Positions 1 through 9,246 are shown, counted from the first letter of the stretch. The stretch: DNA of 18,040 nucleotides from a bacterium (GCA_046758365.1 JBHIAC010000056.1:1-18040), one strand, 5' to 3'. Notes: generated by a model from the sequence alone, not told the origin. Numbers and translations: made by a program.

Positions 1-1094
1 ACCGCATCAAAAATTTGGTTGTCTGAAAGACCAGAGAAGCTGTCAAAGGTCTTCCATTTACCTTTTTTTATAGAATAGCGGGAAAGACCATGACTGGTCG
101 AAAACCACAAGTTGTCACCGTCTAAGGTAATGGAATATATTTTATCACTGCGCAAATCAGTAATATCCCGCTGGTCGAAATAACGCCAAACTTCGCCTCT
201 CAAATCCCAGGCTGTAATTCCTCGGTTTGGCCCAATACTTTCAGTCCCTCCAATCCACAGCACATCTTCGTAAAAAGTCATAGCATTGACCGATGAATTG
301 CGAAGGCCAAAATTCAGTATCTCTAACCTTTGAGTATGAAGGTCACCTTTTCCGGCCCCAAGTCCCCAAGTCCCTATCCAGAGATTTCCCCAATTATCTT
401 CTACCGCAGCCACAACTTTAGCTTGTCGGAAATGTGAATCTTCCACGATTCCTTGCGGGTCAAATAAAAAGCCGTTGCTCATGAAAAATTGCGGATACTT
501 TTTTATCTTCTGGGCTTTTTTACCAAACCATTTTATGTTTTTATTCGGAACGGAATTATTAAAACTAGTATTGGCCACCAAAATAATGCCCCCGTATTTA
601 TTGGTCTCGAAAAGACGTCTAGCTCTGGTCTCAAACCAAATATTGTCTGATCCTATCCCTATGGATTCAATTTCGTCAAAAATTGGTAGTCCAAATTCAT
701 CTTTAAAAAAATTTCTCCAACGATGAGCCGTAGGGTGATAATAGCTGATGGCTGTGTGAGTGGCACACCACAAAAATCCAGTGTCAAAATCATAAGCAAC
801 CGCCCAAACTTCATTATCAGCTAAACCATTGCTGGTCATCCAGGGAAAATCCCATCGATTTTGAAACTGATCGTAACGGGTAATTCCAGACTGAAGGGTT
901 CCAAAATATACATAATGATCGCCAATGGCTATAGAGGTCACAAATCGAGCCACAGAATAGCTAATCCAGTCCCCTTCTTCATAGTTCGGGTTGGTCTCTC
1001 GGTTTCTTACCAATGATTCCTGAGAGCTTACCTGAGTACAAAGTAAAATTAAAGAATTTAAAAGAAGAATATATTTAACAATTTTATTTTTAAT
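1..1094 (-). CDS. Secreted beta-propeller (two-component regulator propeller, Reg_prop-like repeat) protein; 3' end lies outside the window
   Basis: Absent from the ORF track; translated by hand, the frame is open from 1109 to position 1. Repeated blades SNGLADNEVWAVAYD..GFLWCAT, AAVEDNWGNLWIGTWGLG, FGLRNSSVNAMTFYEDVLWIGG, DGDNLWFSTSHGLSRY, SGLSDNQIFD. Signal-peptide-like N-terminus KNKIVKYILLLNSLILLCTQVSS-QE. Start uncertain: ATT at 1094, or first canonical start TTG at 1013. Confidence 0.8.
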   Translation of the reverse strand, partial: MKNKIVKYILLLNSLILLCTQVSSQESLVRNRETNPNYEEGDWISYSVARFVTSIAIGDHYVYFGTLQSGITRYDQFQNRWDFPWMTSNGLADNEVWAVAYDFDTGFLWCATHTAISYYHPTAHRWRNFFKDEFGLPIFDEIESIGIGSDNIWFETRARRLFETNKYGGIILVANTSFNNSVPNKNIKWFGKKAQKIKKYPQFFMSNGFLFDPQGIVEDSHFRQAKVVAAVEDNWGNLWIGTWGLGAGKGDLHTQRLEILNFGLRNSSVNAMTFYEDVLWIGGTESIGPNRGITAWDLRGEVWRYFDQRDITDLRSDKIYSITLDGDNLWFSTSHGLSRYSIKKGKWKTFDSFSGLSDNQIFDA

Positions 1095-1109
1095 TCTTAA
1101 ATTCCTTTT

Positions 1110-2402
1110 CTAACCTGAAAATTTATGTTGACCATTAGTATTTTCTTGCAGCAGGCTTTTAACCAGATGAAGTTTTTCGTGGGGTACACGTATTTTTATT
1201 TTAACATCTGTATCGTTATATTTAATTTCTAATACTTCCGCCAGCTCATAAATTTTTGAAGCAATCCAGGAATATTTAATATCAATGGTTAGTGTCAATT
1301 CTACTACCGCTTCCCTGGAGATTCGAAGAACTTCCTTTTTCAAATCTTCTAAAAAAAGCCCTTTTGTTGCGGAAACGAATACACTTGGTTGATATTCATT
1401 TTTTAAACGGGACAATAGACCTTTGTGCTCGAGTTTATCAACCTTATTGAATACAAACAAGGTGGGTTTGTTTGAAATCTGCAATTGGCGCAAAACATCT
1501 TTAACAACGACTATTTGTTCTAAAAATAATGGGTGACTTATATCTACCACGTGGAGAAGCATGTCAGCAACTCTTGCTTCTTCTAATGTACTCATAAACG
1601 AGGCCACCAAATGATGAGGTAATTTTCGGATAAAGCCCACCGTGTCAATCAGTAAGATTGGAGACTGCTTATACATTTTCATACGACGGATTGTAGCATC
1701 TAAAGTAGCAAAAAGTCTATCTTCTACAAAAACCTCAGACTGAGTCAAAACATTCAATAGAGTGGACTTGCCAACATTGGTATATCCTACGAGAGCCACC
1801 TTAAATATTTCTTCTCGATTTTGACGACGAATTTCACGCTGATTTTTTATTTTTTCCAATTCTTTAGTAAGTGAATTGATTCTTTTACGAATGACTCTTC
1901 GGTCTACTTCAAGCTGAGTTTCTCCTGGACCTCTGGTTCCAATTCCACCTACCTGTCGAGATAAGTGCGTCCATTGACGGGTTAATCGTGGAAGTAAGTA
2001 ATTCAATTGAGCTAATTCTACCTGAGTTTGAGCCTCTCGGGTTTTAGCGCGTCTAGCAAAGATGTCCAAAATGAGTCCACTCCGGTCCAAAATTTTTTTT
2101 CCTGAAAGCTGTTCTAAGTTACGAACCTGAGCTGGACTTAAATCATCATCAAAGATTAGCAAATCAGCTTTAGTTTCATCAGCAAGTGTTGAAATTATTT
2201 TGGCTTTTCCTCGACCGATGAAATAGGCTGGATCGACCTTATTCCTTTCTTGAATAATTTTATCGATAACAATCGCCCCTGCAGTATTTGCAAGAAAGGC
2301 TAATTCTTCTAAATGATCTTCAGTTTTCCAGCAATCTCTATTACTAAGAGTTAAGCCCACTAAAATCGCTCGCTCTTTTCCATTTGATTTGACTTCGTAC
2401 AA
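1110..2402 (-). CDS. hflX: Ribosome-splitting GTPase HflX
   Basis: HflX motifs LILDIFARRAKTREAQTQVELAQL and GGIGTRGPGETQLEVDRR; G1 GYTNVGKST, G2 LFATLD, G3 DTVG, G4 NKVD. TTG start with GGAGGTG upstream. Confidence 0.97.
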   Translation of the reverse strand: MYEVKSNGKERAILVGLTLSNRDCWKTEDHLEELAFLANTAGAIVIDKIIQERNKVDPAYFIGRGKAKIISTLADETKADLLIFDDDLSPAQVRNLEQLSGKKILDRSGLILDIFARRAKTREAQTQVELAQLNYLLPRLTRQWTHLSRQVGGIGTRGPGETQLEVDRRVIRKRINSLTKELEKIKNQREIRRQNREEIFKVALVGYTNVGKSTLLNVLTQSEVFVEDRLFATLDATIRRMKMYKQSPILLIDTVGFIRKLPHHLVASFMSTLEEARVADMLLHVVDISHPLFLEQIVVVKDVLRQLQISNKPTLFVFNKVDKLEHKGLLSRLKNEYQPSVFVSATKGLFLEDLKKEVLRISREAVVELTLTIDIKYSWIASKIYELAEVLEIKYNDTDVKIKIRVPHEKLHLVKSLLQENTNGQHKFSG

Positions 2403-2419
2403 TTTAAAGTAAACACCTC

Positions 2420-4516
2420 CTATTTATTAACCTCTCTTTTTTCACGGATAAGCATCATTTCTATTAATAATAGTACCAAAGTAGCTGCAATTAAATATTT
2501 CCAAAGTTCTCGTCCAAAACGAGACTCTTTAAGTTTTTCAGCTATTTCTTCAGTGTCTTTGATTTCATAGATTTGCGCTTCATCAACTATATTCTTTAAT
2601 TCTTCTGTTTCAAAGGTTGAATTATCTGATTCTACCGGATTATAATTTACCGCCCATTGTCCCACTATTTTATCTTTATCCAGAAGTTTGTAAATTCCAG
2701 GTTCATCTGTCATTTTAAATCGAATTAAATATTTACCTTTTGAGACTTCTGGTTTAATTTTAATTTGAGTCCCATCAGGTTTTTTCATAATTAGTTTAGA
2801 GCTTGAATAATTGTTCTCTGGGTAATAAGTGATTTCATCGCCAATATTTATTTCCTCCTTCTCCTCTGAAGTTGCACCAGCCAAATACGTTACACATCGA
2901 TTTATTAAAGGCACAAAAATGCCTCGTAAAACTAAATCAGACCATTCTTTGGAGAGACTGGTTGTAAAGTACATGATACGTCCTCTTTGATATAGGGACT
3001 CGAACAAAAAGGGTGCACCATTGCTGTATTCAATAATTTTGTCCAATAGATTTTCCGACTTTATATTTACTGCGAATCGTATATGGGGTGATTCAACATT
3101 TTTCTTTTCCTCAAAAACACCTCTAAAAATGGGATGACTGAAATCTATTTTCCCTAAAGAAAGAAATTGATCCTCTTCCCTATTTGTATACAATTGGGTC
3201 AAAAGGGGTAATTTCAACTTTTTATGTAAAATCTCATTATAATTTCGCAAATTGACATCAGCCCCTAAAAATACTATCAGCCCCCCGCCGGCAGCTACGA
3301 AATTTTGAAGTTTCAAAGCTACGGTATTATCTAATTTAGGGACATTAGAAAAAATAACTACTTGGTAATCTTCTAATGTGTGCTGTAATAATTCTTTATA
3401 TAAAATTTCCTTTACTTTTATAAAAGAAGCTACATCATCTTGCGGACGAAGAGCTAAATTTAAATAATGTGTATCTTCTTTTTGTTGTCCTACCATTAGT
3501 ACTGGTATTTCATCCGAAATGTTGAAGGTAAAATATCTGCGATTGTCCTCCAACAAGTCGTCCTCCTCCAAAAGCACAAATCCGGATTGATGACCCGTGC
3601 GATCAGGAACCATTCGGAGAAAAACCTTATTAGATGATTTTGGTTCAAGGTCTACTGCATTTTGACCTACTCTTTTCCCGTTAACAAAAAGATGTACAAG
3701 TCTATCTTTTATGGTCTTTTGACTGTTATTTTTTATCACAGCTTCTATTTCCACCACTTTTCCTTTTTCCAATATCTGATTACCAATACGCACATTTGAA
3801 ATGTTGAGGTTTTCTTCATCAGATGCTGTAATAGGAAATACAAATAATTTAACATTTTTACTTAGCAATTTATCCCCATTCCCAAACTCGGCCAACTTCA
3901 AACCATTTTTCTGCATATCACATATTAAATAAATCTCTTGATTTATGTTTTTTGAATTATTCATAATTTGATTGGCTAAACTCAATGAAGTCAGATAATC
4001 TGTTTTATCATAGGATAATTCAGTATTTTCTATCAGTTCTCGAACGGATTCCAAATTATATCTTGGCCCTTCATGTGCAAAAACAGGTGGATCTAATGGA
4101 TATAAGAGGTAAATTTCATCGCCAGGCCTCATTAAATTGACCATCTCTAATGTACGTTGTTTGGCTTTATCTAAAAGGCGTTTACCCTCTAATTCTCGGC
4201 CCATACTCAAAGAATTATCTAAAATGATAATGGCTGTAAGCTGGGCGCCGGATTCAAGAGTGGAAGATTTGGTCCTTTTTAGAGCTGGTCGGGCAAATGC
4301 TAAAACCAGGGCCAATATTAACAAAGTGCGCAGAATCAACAGCAAAATTTGGCGGATTTTCAACCGTCGAATTTTTTTACTCTGAAGTTCTTTCAAAAAT
4401 TTTAAACTGCTGAAATGAACAATTTTTATTTTTTGTCGGGTAAAAAGATGAATTAGTATCGGGATGGCAATGGCAGTAAGACCAATTAGAATAGCAGAAT
4501 TAAGAAAAGTGAGCAT
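2420..4516 (-). CDS. BatA N-terminal domain / von Willebrand factor A membrane protein with Ig-like (CARDB-like) and glutamine-amidotransferase-like regions
   Basis: BatA-type N-terminus (IPILIHL...FSSLKFL...LLLILRTLLILALVLAFARP), MIDAS motif DNSLSM, LLEDNRRYF, C-terminal TM segment ELWKYLIAATLVLLLIEMML. Confidence 0.85.
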   Translation of the reverse strand: MLTFLNSAILIGLTAIAIPILIHLFTRQKIKIVHFSSLKFLKELQSKKIRRLKIRQILLLILRTLLILALVLAFARPALKRTKSSTLESGAQLTAIIILDNSLSMGRELEGKRLLDKAKQRTLEMVNLMRPGDEIYLLYPLDPPVFAHEGPRYNLESVRELIENTELSYDKTDYLTSLSLANQIMNNSKNINQEIYLICDMQKNGLKLAEFGNGDKLLSKNVKLFVFPITASDEENLNISNVRIGNQILEKGKVVEIEAVIKNNSQKTIKDRLVHLFVNGKRVGQNAVDLEPKSSNKVFLRMVPDRTGHQSGFVLLEEDDLLEDNRRYFTFNISDEIPVLMVGQQKEDTHYLNLALRPQDDVASFIKVKEILYKELLQHTLEDYQVVIFSNVPKLDNTVALKLQNFVAAGGGLIVFLGADVNLRNYNEILHKKLKLPLLTQLYTNREEDQFLSLGKIDFSHPIFRGVFEEKKNVESPHIRFAVNIKSENLLDKIIEYSNGAPFLFESLYQRGRIMYFTTSLSKEWSDLVLRGIFVPLINRCVTYLAGATSEEKEEINIGDEITYYPENNYSSSKLIMKKPDGTQIKIKPEVSKGKYLIRFKMTDEPGIYKLLDKDKIVGQWAVNYNPVESDNSTFETEELKNIVDEAQIYEIKDTEEIAEKLKESRFGRELWKYLIAATLVLLLIEMMLIREKREVNK

Positions 4517-4568
4517 TTAATATTAATTCGTTTTTGACAAGTGAAGTTCGAATATTAAATTTAAAAAT

Positions 4569-5372
4569 CTATTTCAATTTATCGACAAAATTCTTAATCA
4601 AATATACGGGATCCGGTAACCTTTTTCTTTTTAAAGGTTCAATGGGGGAAGGTTCCGGTGGCACAATTTCTTCACCAATTGTGGCCTTGCGGGGATTTGT
4701 TTCGAAAAGTAACTGGGCTCTTTTTTCTCCCCAGCCTTCAGTTACAGATTCCCAAGCGCTACGAAGTTTAATGGGGCGTCCACGCGTGTTATGACCATCA
4801 CTTCCTACAAAATGAATGAGATTACTATTTAATAGTATTGTTGCGGCATCTTTGACAGGTTTGCCATATTGGCCTACAATGCTGCCGGCATTCATTTGCA
4901 GCAAAGCACCTCGTTGAACAAATTCATACGCCCGTTGAAGATCGCGAATAATCCCCATATTCCTTTCTGGATGCGCGATTATTGGAACCATTCCATCTAA
5001 AATTAAATCAAAAAAACGGTCCGCCACAAATCGGGGAATCCCTGGCATTGGGAATTCTACTAAAAAGTATTTTTTATTGTTGTTATAGGTGGAAATTGTA
5101 TGAAATAATTCCATATCCGGTTGAGCATATATCTCTGCCCCTAAATGAATTTTGATTTTGAGCTTTTCAATAGCGATTCTTTCTTTTAACTCTTTAAATT
5201 TTGTAATAATTTCTTCTTCGCGTTCGTAAGCCAAATTGCTTAAAATATGATGTGTAATAGCTACTTCAGTTATGCCATCTTCCTCAGCTTGATGAATCAT
5301 CGCCAAAGAATCTTCCCAACTGTTAGGCCCATCATCAATTTTGGGGAGAATGTGTGAGTGTATATCTATCAA
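4569..5372 (-). CDS. PHP-family Mn-dependent protein-tyrosine phosphatase (CpsB/CapC/YwqE family)
   Basis: MIDIHSHILPKIDDG, THH, LVEFP, IIAHPERN, GSDGH motifs. TTG start after GGAGGT. Confidence 0.92.
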   Translation of the reverse strand: MIDIHSHILPKIDDGPNSWEDSLAMIHQAEEDGITEVAITHHILSNLAYEREEEIITKFKELKERIAIEKLKIKIHLGAEIYAQPDMELFHTISTYNNNKKYFLVEFPMPGIPRFVADRFFDLILDGMVPIIAHPERNMGIIRDLQRAYEFVQRGALLQMNAGSIVGQYGKPVKDAATILLNSNLIHFVGSDGHNTRGRPIKLRSAWESVTEGWGEKRAQLLFETNPRKATIGEEIVPPEPSPIEPLKRKRLPDPVYLIKNFVDKLK

Positions 5373-5420
5373 TTTACCTCCAAAAATTCATTCAACCTGA
5401 TAAAGCTTTGTTGAAATTAA

Positions 5421-6164
5421 TTATGATCTATGAACAGCGGCAGCAAACTCTTTAATAAGTCGGGAATTTACCTCTTTTTCTAAAACATTTCCTGTTACCA
5501 CGAATGATGCGCCAGAAATTACCTTTTGCTCGGCCTCTTTAGGAGTTCGAATTCCCCCCCCTACAATCACAGGCAAAGAAATATATTTAGTAACCGCTTC
5601 AACCATCTCAGTGGGAACAGATTTATCTGCACCGCTCCCTGCTTCAAGATAAACCATTTTCATGCCTAAATATTCCGCTGCCAACGCGGTTGCTTTTGCT
5701 ATGTCCGGCTTGTCTCTTGGAATAGGTCGGGTGTTGCTCATAAATTCTGCAGATGTAATCCGGCCGGATTCAATAAGCATATAGCCTACTGAAATGGGTT
5801 CAACACCCACAGCTTTTATTACCGGTGCTGCTTTGACTTGCTCTCCAATAATGTAAGTAGGATTTCGACCACTGATTAACGAAAGAAAGAAAATTGCATC
5901 AGCATTTTTGGAAACTTGGGTAGGACTGCCAGGGAAAATGATGAGTGGGATATTTATTTGTGTTTTTATTAATCCAACCAAATCATCAAATTTATAAGAA
6001 AGAAGAAGACTACCACCCATAAGTATTCCGTCAGCTCCAGATTCATTGGCCGAGACCGCTAATTCAACTATTTTTTTATGATCCCATTTATCCGGATCGA
6101 TTAGAACCAGATATCCAGCCCCCTTTGTTTTTCGAATATTAAGTAATTTTTCGAATGTAGCCAA
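5421..6164 (-). CDS. Geranylgeranylglyceryl phosphate synthase (GGGPS/PcrB family, group II)
   Basis: LIDPDK, MGGS, IFPGS..Q, FLSLISGRNP, GYMLIESG, YLEAGSGA, VGGGIR, VVTGN motifs. Confidence 0.93.
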   Translation of the reverse strand: MATFEKLLNIRKTKGAGYLVLIDPDKWDHKKIVELAVSANESGADGILMGGSLLLSYKFDDLVGLIKTQINIPLIIFPGSPTQVSKNADAIFFLSLISGRNPTYIIGEQVKAAPVIKAVGVEPISVGYMLIESGRITSAEFMSNTRPIPRDKPDIAKATALAAEYLGMKMVYLEAGSGADKSVPTEMVEAVTKYISLPVIVGGGIRTPKEAEQKVISGASFVVTGNVLEKEVNSRLIKEFAAAVHRS

Positions 6165-6179
6165 AAGCAGATCCGGAAA

Positions 6180-8834
6180 TTACATTTGAACTAATTTAAG
6201 CACAATTTCAGGTACCTTAGCTAAGGCCTGTTCGAGTTTATTTATATTTTTGCCCCCAGCCAAAGCCAGGTGTGGTCTTCCACCACCACCACCCTCAGCC
6301 AAAGCTGCCACTTGTTTAACAATATCTCCCGCCTTAAGCTGCTTCGTGGTTATCAAATCATCGGTTACCACACAAACGAACGAGATCTTGTCATTTATAA
6401 CTGAACCCAACACGCCAACTCCGGAACCCAGTTTCGCTCTTAAAGTATCACTTATCTGTTTAAGCTCCTCAACGTCTCTACTTTGAATTTGTAAGGCCAC
6501 GACTTTAAATCCATCTATTTCTTGTGATTTCTCGATAAGAAGATTAATTTTTTCTCGTGCAGAATTGAGTCTTAATTCCCTAAGTTCTTTTTCTAAGCAG
6601 CGTTTTTCGTGTAGTAGGGTTTCAACTTTTTCAGCTACTTCATCACTCTTACAGTTCAAAAGATCCTGTAACTGTAAAGTTAATTGCTTTTCATTTCTTA
6701 AAAGAATATCAGCCTTCTCGCCGGTAACTGCTTCCAATCGACGAATTCCTGCCGCTGCACTGGATTCTGAAAGAATCCGAAAATAGCCTATTTCACCCGT
6801 GTGATTTAAATGAGTACCACCACACAGTTCAAGACTATAATCTTCTATTTTTACTACCCGAACACGTTCACCATATTTCTCTTCAAAAATTGCCATTGCA
6901 CCCAATTCGCGGGCTTTGACAAAAGAGGTATAAAAAGTCTCTACCGCCAAATCATCACGAATCTTTTCGTTTATAATAGCCTCCATTTCATCTAATTGCT
7001 GAGGATGAATTTTCTGAAAATGGGTTACATCAAATCTAAGGTGATCTGCTGCTACCAGAGAACCAGCTTGAGTCACATGGGTCCCCAGTGTTTCTCTTAA
7101 AGCTTTATGTAAAAGATGGGTGGCGGTATGATTACGGGTCGTTGATTTGCGAATCGATTTATTGACTCGGGCCACCACCTTTGGATTTTCTATTTTGCCG
7201 TCGCCGGCCACCTCTCCTATATGAACACTACTATTTCTTACGTGCACAGTGTCTTGAACTTTAATAATAAATCCATCCCCAACAATTTCACCAACGTCGC
7301 CAATTTGACCTCCTGCCTCACCATAAAAGGGGGTATGATCTAAAATTAAAAAGACTTGATTACCGTTGCGATGGATTTTCCTAATTTCAGCATCAGCTTC
7401 CAAATCTGTATACCCTAGAAATTCAGAATCATCCCCTCGGCTTAGCTGATGCCATTTTTCAATATCAAAGTCCGCAGCGTAGCTCCATTTCCCCGCTGCT
7501 CTTGCCCGTTCTCGTTGTTTATTCATGGCTCTTTCAAATCCTTTTTCATCAACCGTTAAGTTTTTTTGACGAGCCATTAATTGCGTTAAGTCCAATGGAA
7601 AACCATACGTGTCATAAAGTTTAAACGCTTCTTTTCCGGGTATTTCTTTCTTACTAGATTTTAAAACTTCGGCTGTAACATTTTCAAAAATTTCTATTCC
7701 CCTATCTAATGTGTTGTTAAAACTCTCCTCCTCGGATTTTATAACTAAAGAAGCAAATTGATGTTTTTCTTTCAATTCTGGAAAAGCCTCTCCCATGACA
7801 TCCACAAGAACAGGCACCAGACGATAGATAAAAGGTTCGTGTATGCCCAAATTACGGCCAAAGCGCGCGGCCCTTCGAAGAATGCGGCGGAGAACATATC
7901 CGCGCCCCTCGTTGGATGGCATGGCACCATCCGATATTGCAAAAGTCAAAGCACGGATATGATCCGCAATGACTCGATGGGCAATGCCCCCATCATCTGC
8001 TGGATATTTAACATTCGTAATAGTATTTATTTCAGAAATAAGTGGAATAAAGAGATCCGTGTCATAATTTGAATTGGTTCCGTTTAAGACCGCTACGACT
8101 CGCTCAAATCCCATCCCAGTATCTACATGTTTGGCGGGGAGTGAATTTAATTTGCCATCTTTTTCACGATTGTACTGAATAAAAACCAGGTTCCAAATTT
8201 CAATAAATCTAGCACAGCCTGCATTGACACCACACGTATGGTTTGGTTCGCTTTTCTTATCACATTTACCTTCACCCAGGTCGTAGTGGATTTCAGAACA
8301 GGGACCACATGGCCCGGTCTCGCCCATTTCCCAGAAATTGTCTTCTTTGCCAAATCGTAATACTCTGTCAGGTGCAATGGGAGTAACTTCAGTCCAGAGG
8401 GTGGCTGCTTCTTCATCGGGCTCTAAATTTTCGCTGTCATCTCCGGCGAATACAGTCGCCCATAGTCTATTTTCATCCATGCCCCAAATGTTTGTCAAAA
8501 GCTCCCAAGCCCACTGGATCGCTTCTTTTTTAAAGTAATCACCAAAGGACCAATTCCCCAGCATTTCAAAAAAGGTGTGGTGATAGGTGTCAAAGCCTAC
8601 ATCTTCCAAATCGTTGTGCTTACCACTCACCCGGATGCACTTCTGGGTGTTCGCTGCTCGTTTGTAATTCCTCGTTTCTAGTCCAAGGAAAATATTCTTG
8701 AACTGGTTCATGCCTGCGTTGATGAAAAGCAAAGTGGGATCGTCAAATGGAACCACAGGCGAGCTGGGCACAAATTTGTGATCTTTGCTTTTGAAAAATT
8801 CTAAGAATGATTGTCTAATTTCTTGGGATTTCAT
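6180..8834 (-). CDS. alaS: Alanine--tRNA ligase
   Basis: DPTLLFINAGMNQFK, HHTFFEMLGNWSFGDYFK, DTGMGFER; editing domain HTATHLLH and ELCGGTH; C-Ala GGGGGRP. Confidence 0.99.
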   Translation of the reverse strand: MKSQEIRQSFLEFFKSKDHKFVPSSPVVPFDDPTLLFINAGMNQFKNIFLGLETRNYKRAANTQKCIRVSGKHNDLEDVGFDTYHHTFFEMLGNWSFGDYFKKEAIQWAWELLTNIWGMDENRLWATVFAGDDSENLEPDEEAATLWTEVTPIAPDRVLRFGKEDNFWEMGETGPCGPCSEIHYDLGEGKCDKKSEPNHTCGVNAGCARFIEIWNLVFIQYNREKDGKLNSLPAKHVDTGMGFERVVAVLNGTNSNYDTDLFIPLISEINTITNVKYPADDGGIAHRVIADHIRALTFAISDGAMPSNEGRGYVLRRILRRAARFGRNLGIHEPFIYRLVPVLVDVMGEAFPELKEKHQFASLVIKSEEESFNNTLDRGIEIFENVTAEVLKSSKKEIPGKEAFKLYDTYGFPLDLTQLMARQKNLTVDEKGFERAMNKQRERARAAGKWSYAADFDIEKWHQLSRGDDSEFLGYTDLEADAEIRKIHRNGNQVFLILDHTPFYGEAGGQIGDVGEIVGDGFIIKVQDTVHVRNSSVHIGEVAGDGKIENPKVVARVNKSIRKSTTRNHTATHLLHKALRETLGTHVTQAGSLVAADHLRFDVTHFQKIHPQQLDEMEAIINEKIRDDLAVETFYTSFVKARELGAMAIFEEKYGERVRVVKIEDYSLELCGGTHLNHTGEIGYFRILSESSAAAGIRRLEAVTGEKADILLRNEKQLTLQLQDLLNCKSDEVAEKVETLLHEKRCLEKELRELRLNSAREKINLLIEKSQEIDGFKVVALQIQSRDVEELKQISDTLRAKLGSGVGVLGSVINDKISFVCVVTDDLITTKQLKAGDIVKQVAALAEGGGGGRPHLALAGGKNINKLEQALAKVPEIVLKLVQM

Positions 8835-8904
8835 CGCTATTGTCTATGCTGTTTCTTTTCTTCTCTATTAATTAAAACTAATAATATTACAGCAATTTTA
8901 ACAA

Positions 8905-9021
8905 TCAGTGTTTTGCAGACTGTTCACGCTTTTCTTGTTTATGAATCCAATAAAGCATAAACCAACTTGCACCTACTGCCCCAAAGAGTATAATTGTAAT
9001 TGCTATTTCATAAAGTGACAT
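8905..9021 (-). CDS. Small single-pass membrane peptide, 38 aa (MSLYEIAITIILFGAVGASWFMLYWIHKQEKREQSAKH)
   Basis: Translated by hand. ATG at 9021 with AGGAG Shine-Dalgarno 8 nt upstream, TGA at 8905-8907. One hydrophobic helix followed by a charged tail. Confidence 0.7.
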   Translation of the reverse strand: MSLYEIAITIILFGAVGASWFMLYWIHKQEKREQSAKH

Positions 9022-9042
9022 CTTAATTACTCCTAATTAATA

Positions 9043-9246
9043 TTACAATTTCCACAATCTTACACTTGTGTAAATTATTGCAAAAAATAGCAAAAAGCAA
9101 ACAACTATCCAAAGTAATATCGCTTTATTTGATAATTCAAGTTTACCCGAAAACATTGGAATTAAAATCGAAGCAAAAGCCAATAAAAATACTTTTTCAA
9201 TAAATCCTAACCAAAACTTATAAACTTCCCGTTTATTTTCTAGCAT
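9043..9246 (-). CDS. Small two-TM membrane protein, 67 aa, function unknown
   Basis: ORF track entry; AGGTAGG directly before the ATG; two hydrophobic segments; co-directional with neighbours. Confidence 0.7.
   Translation of the reverse strand: MLENKREVYKFWLGFIEKVFLLAFASILIPMFSGKLELSNKAILLWIVVCFLLFFAIIYTSVRLWKL

Noticed and set aside
475..726. 83-aa plus-strand ORF
   Set aside because: Lies antisense to the beta-propeller gene, which has clear repeat motifs.
1098..1135. ATG at 1135 as start of the beta-propeller gene
   Set aside because: Different frame; it reaches TAA after 12 codons.
6250..8538. Several short ORFs inside alaS on both strands
   Set aside because: Fully nested in a conserved essential gene; shadow or alternate-frame ORFs.
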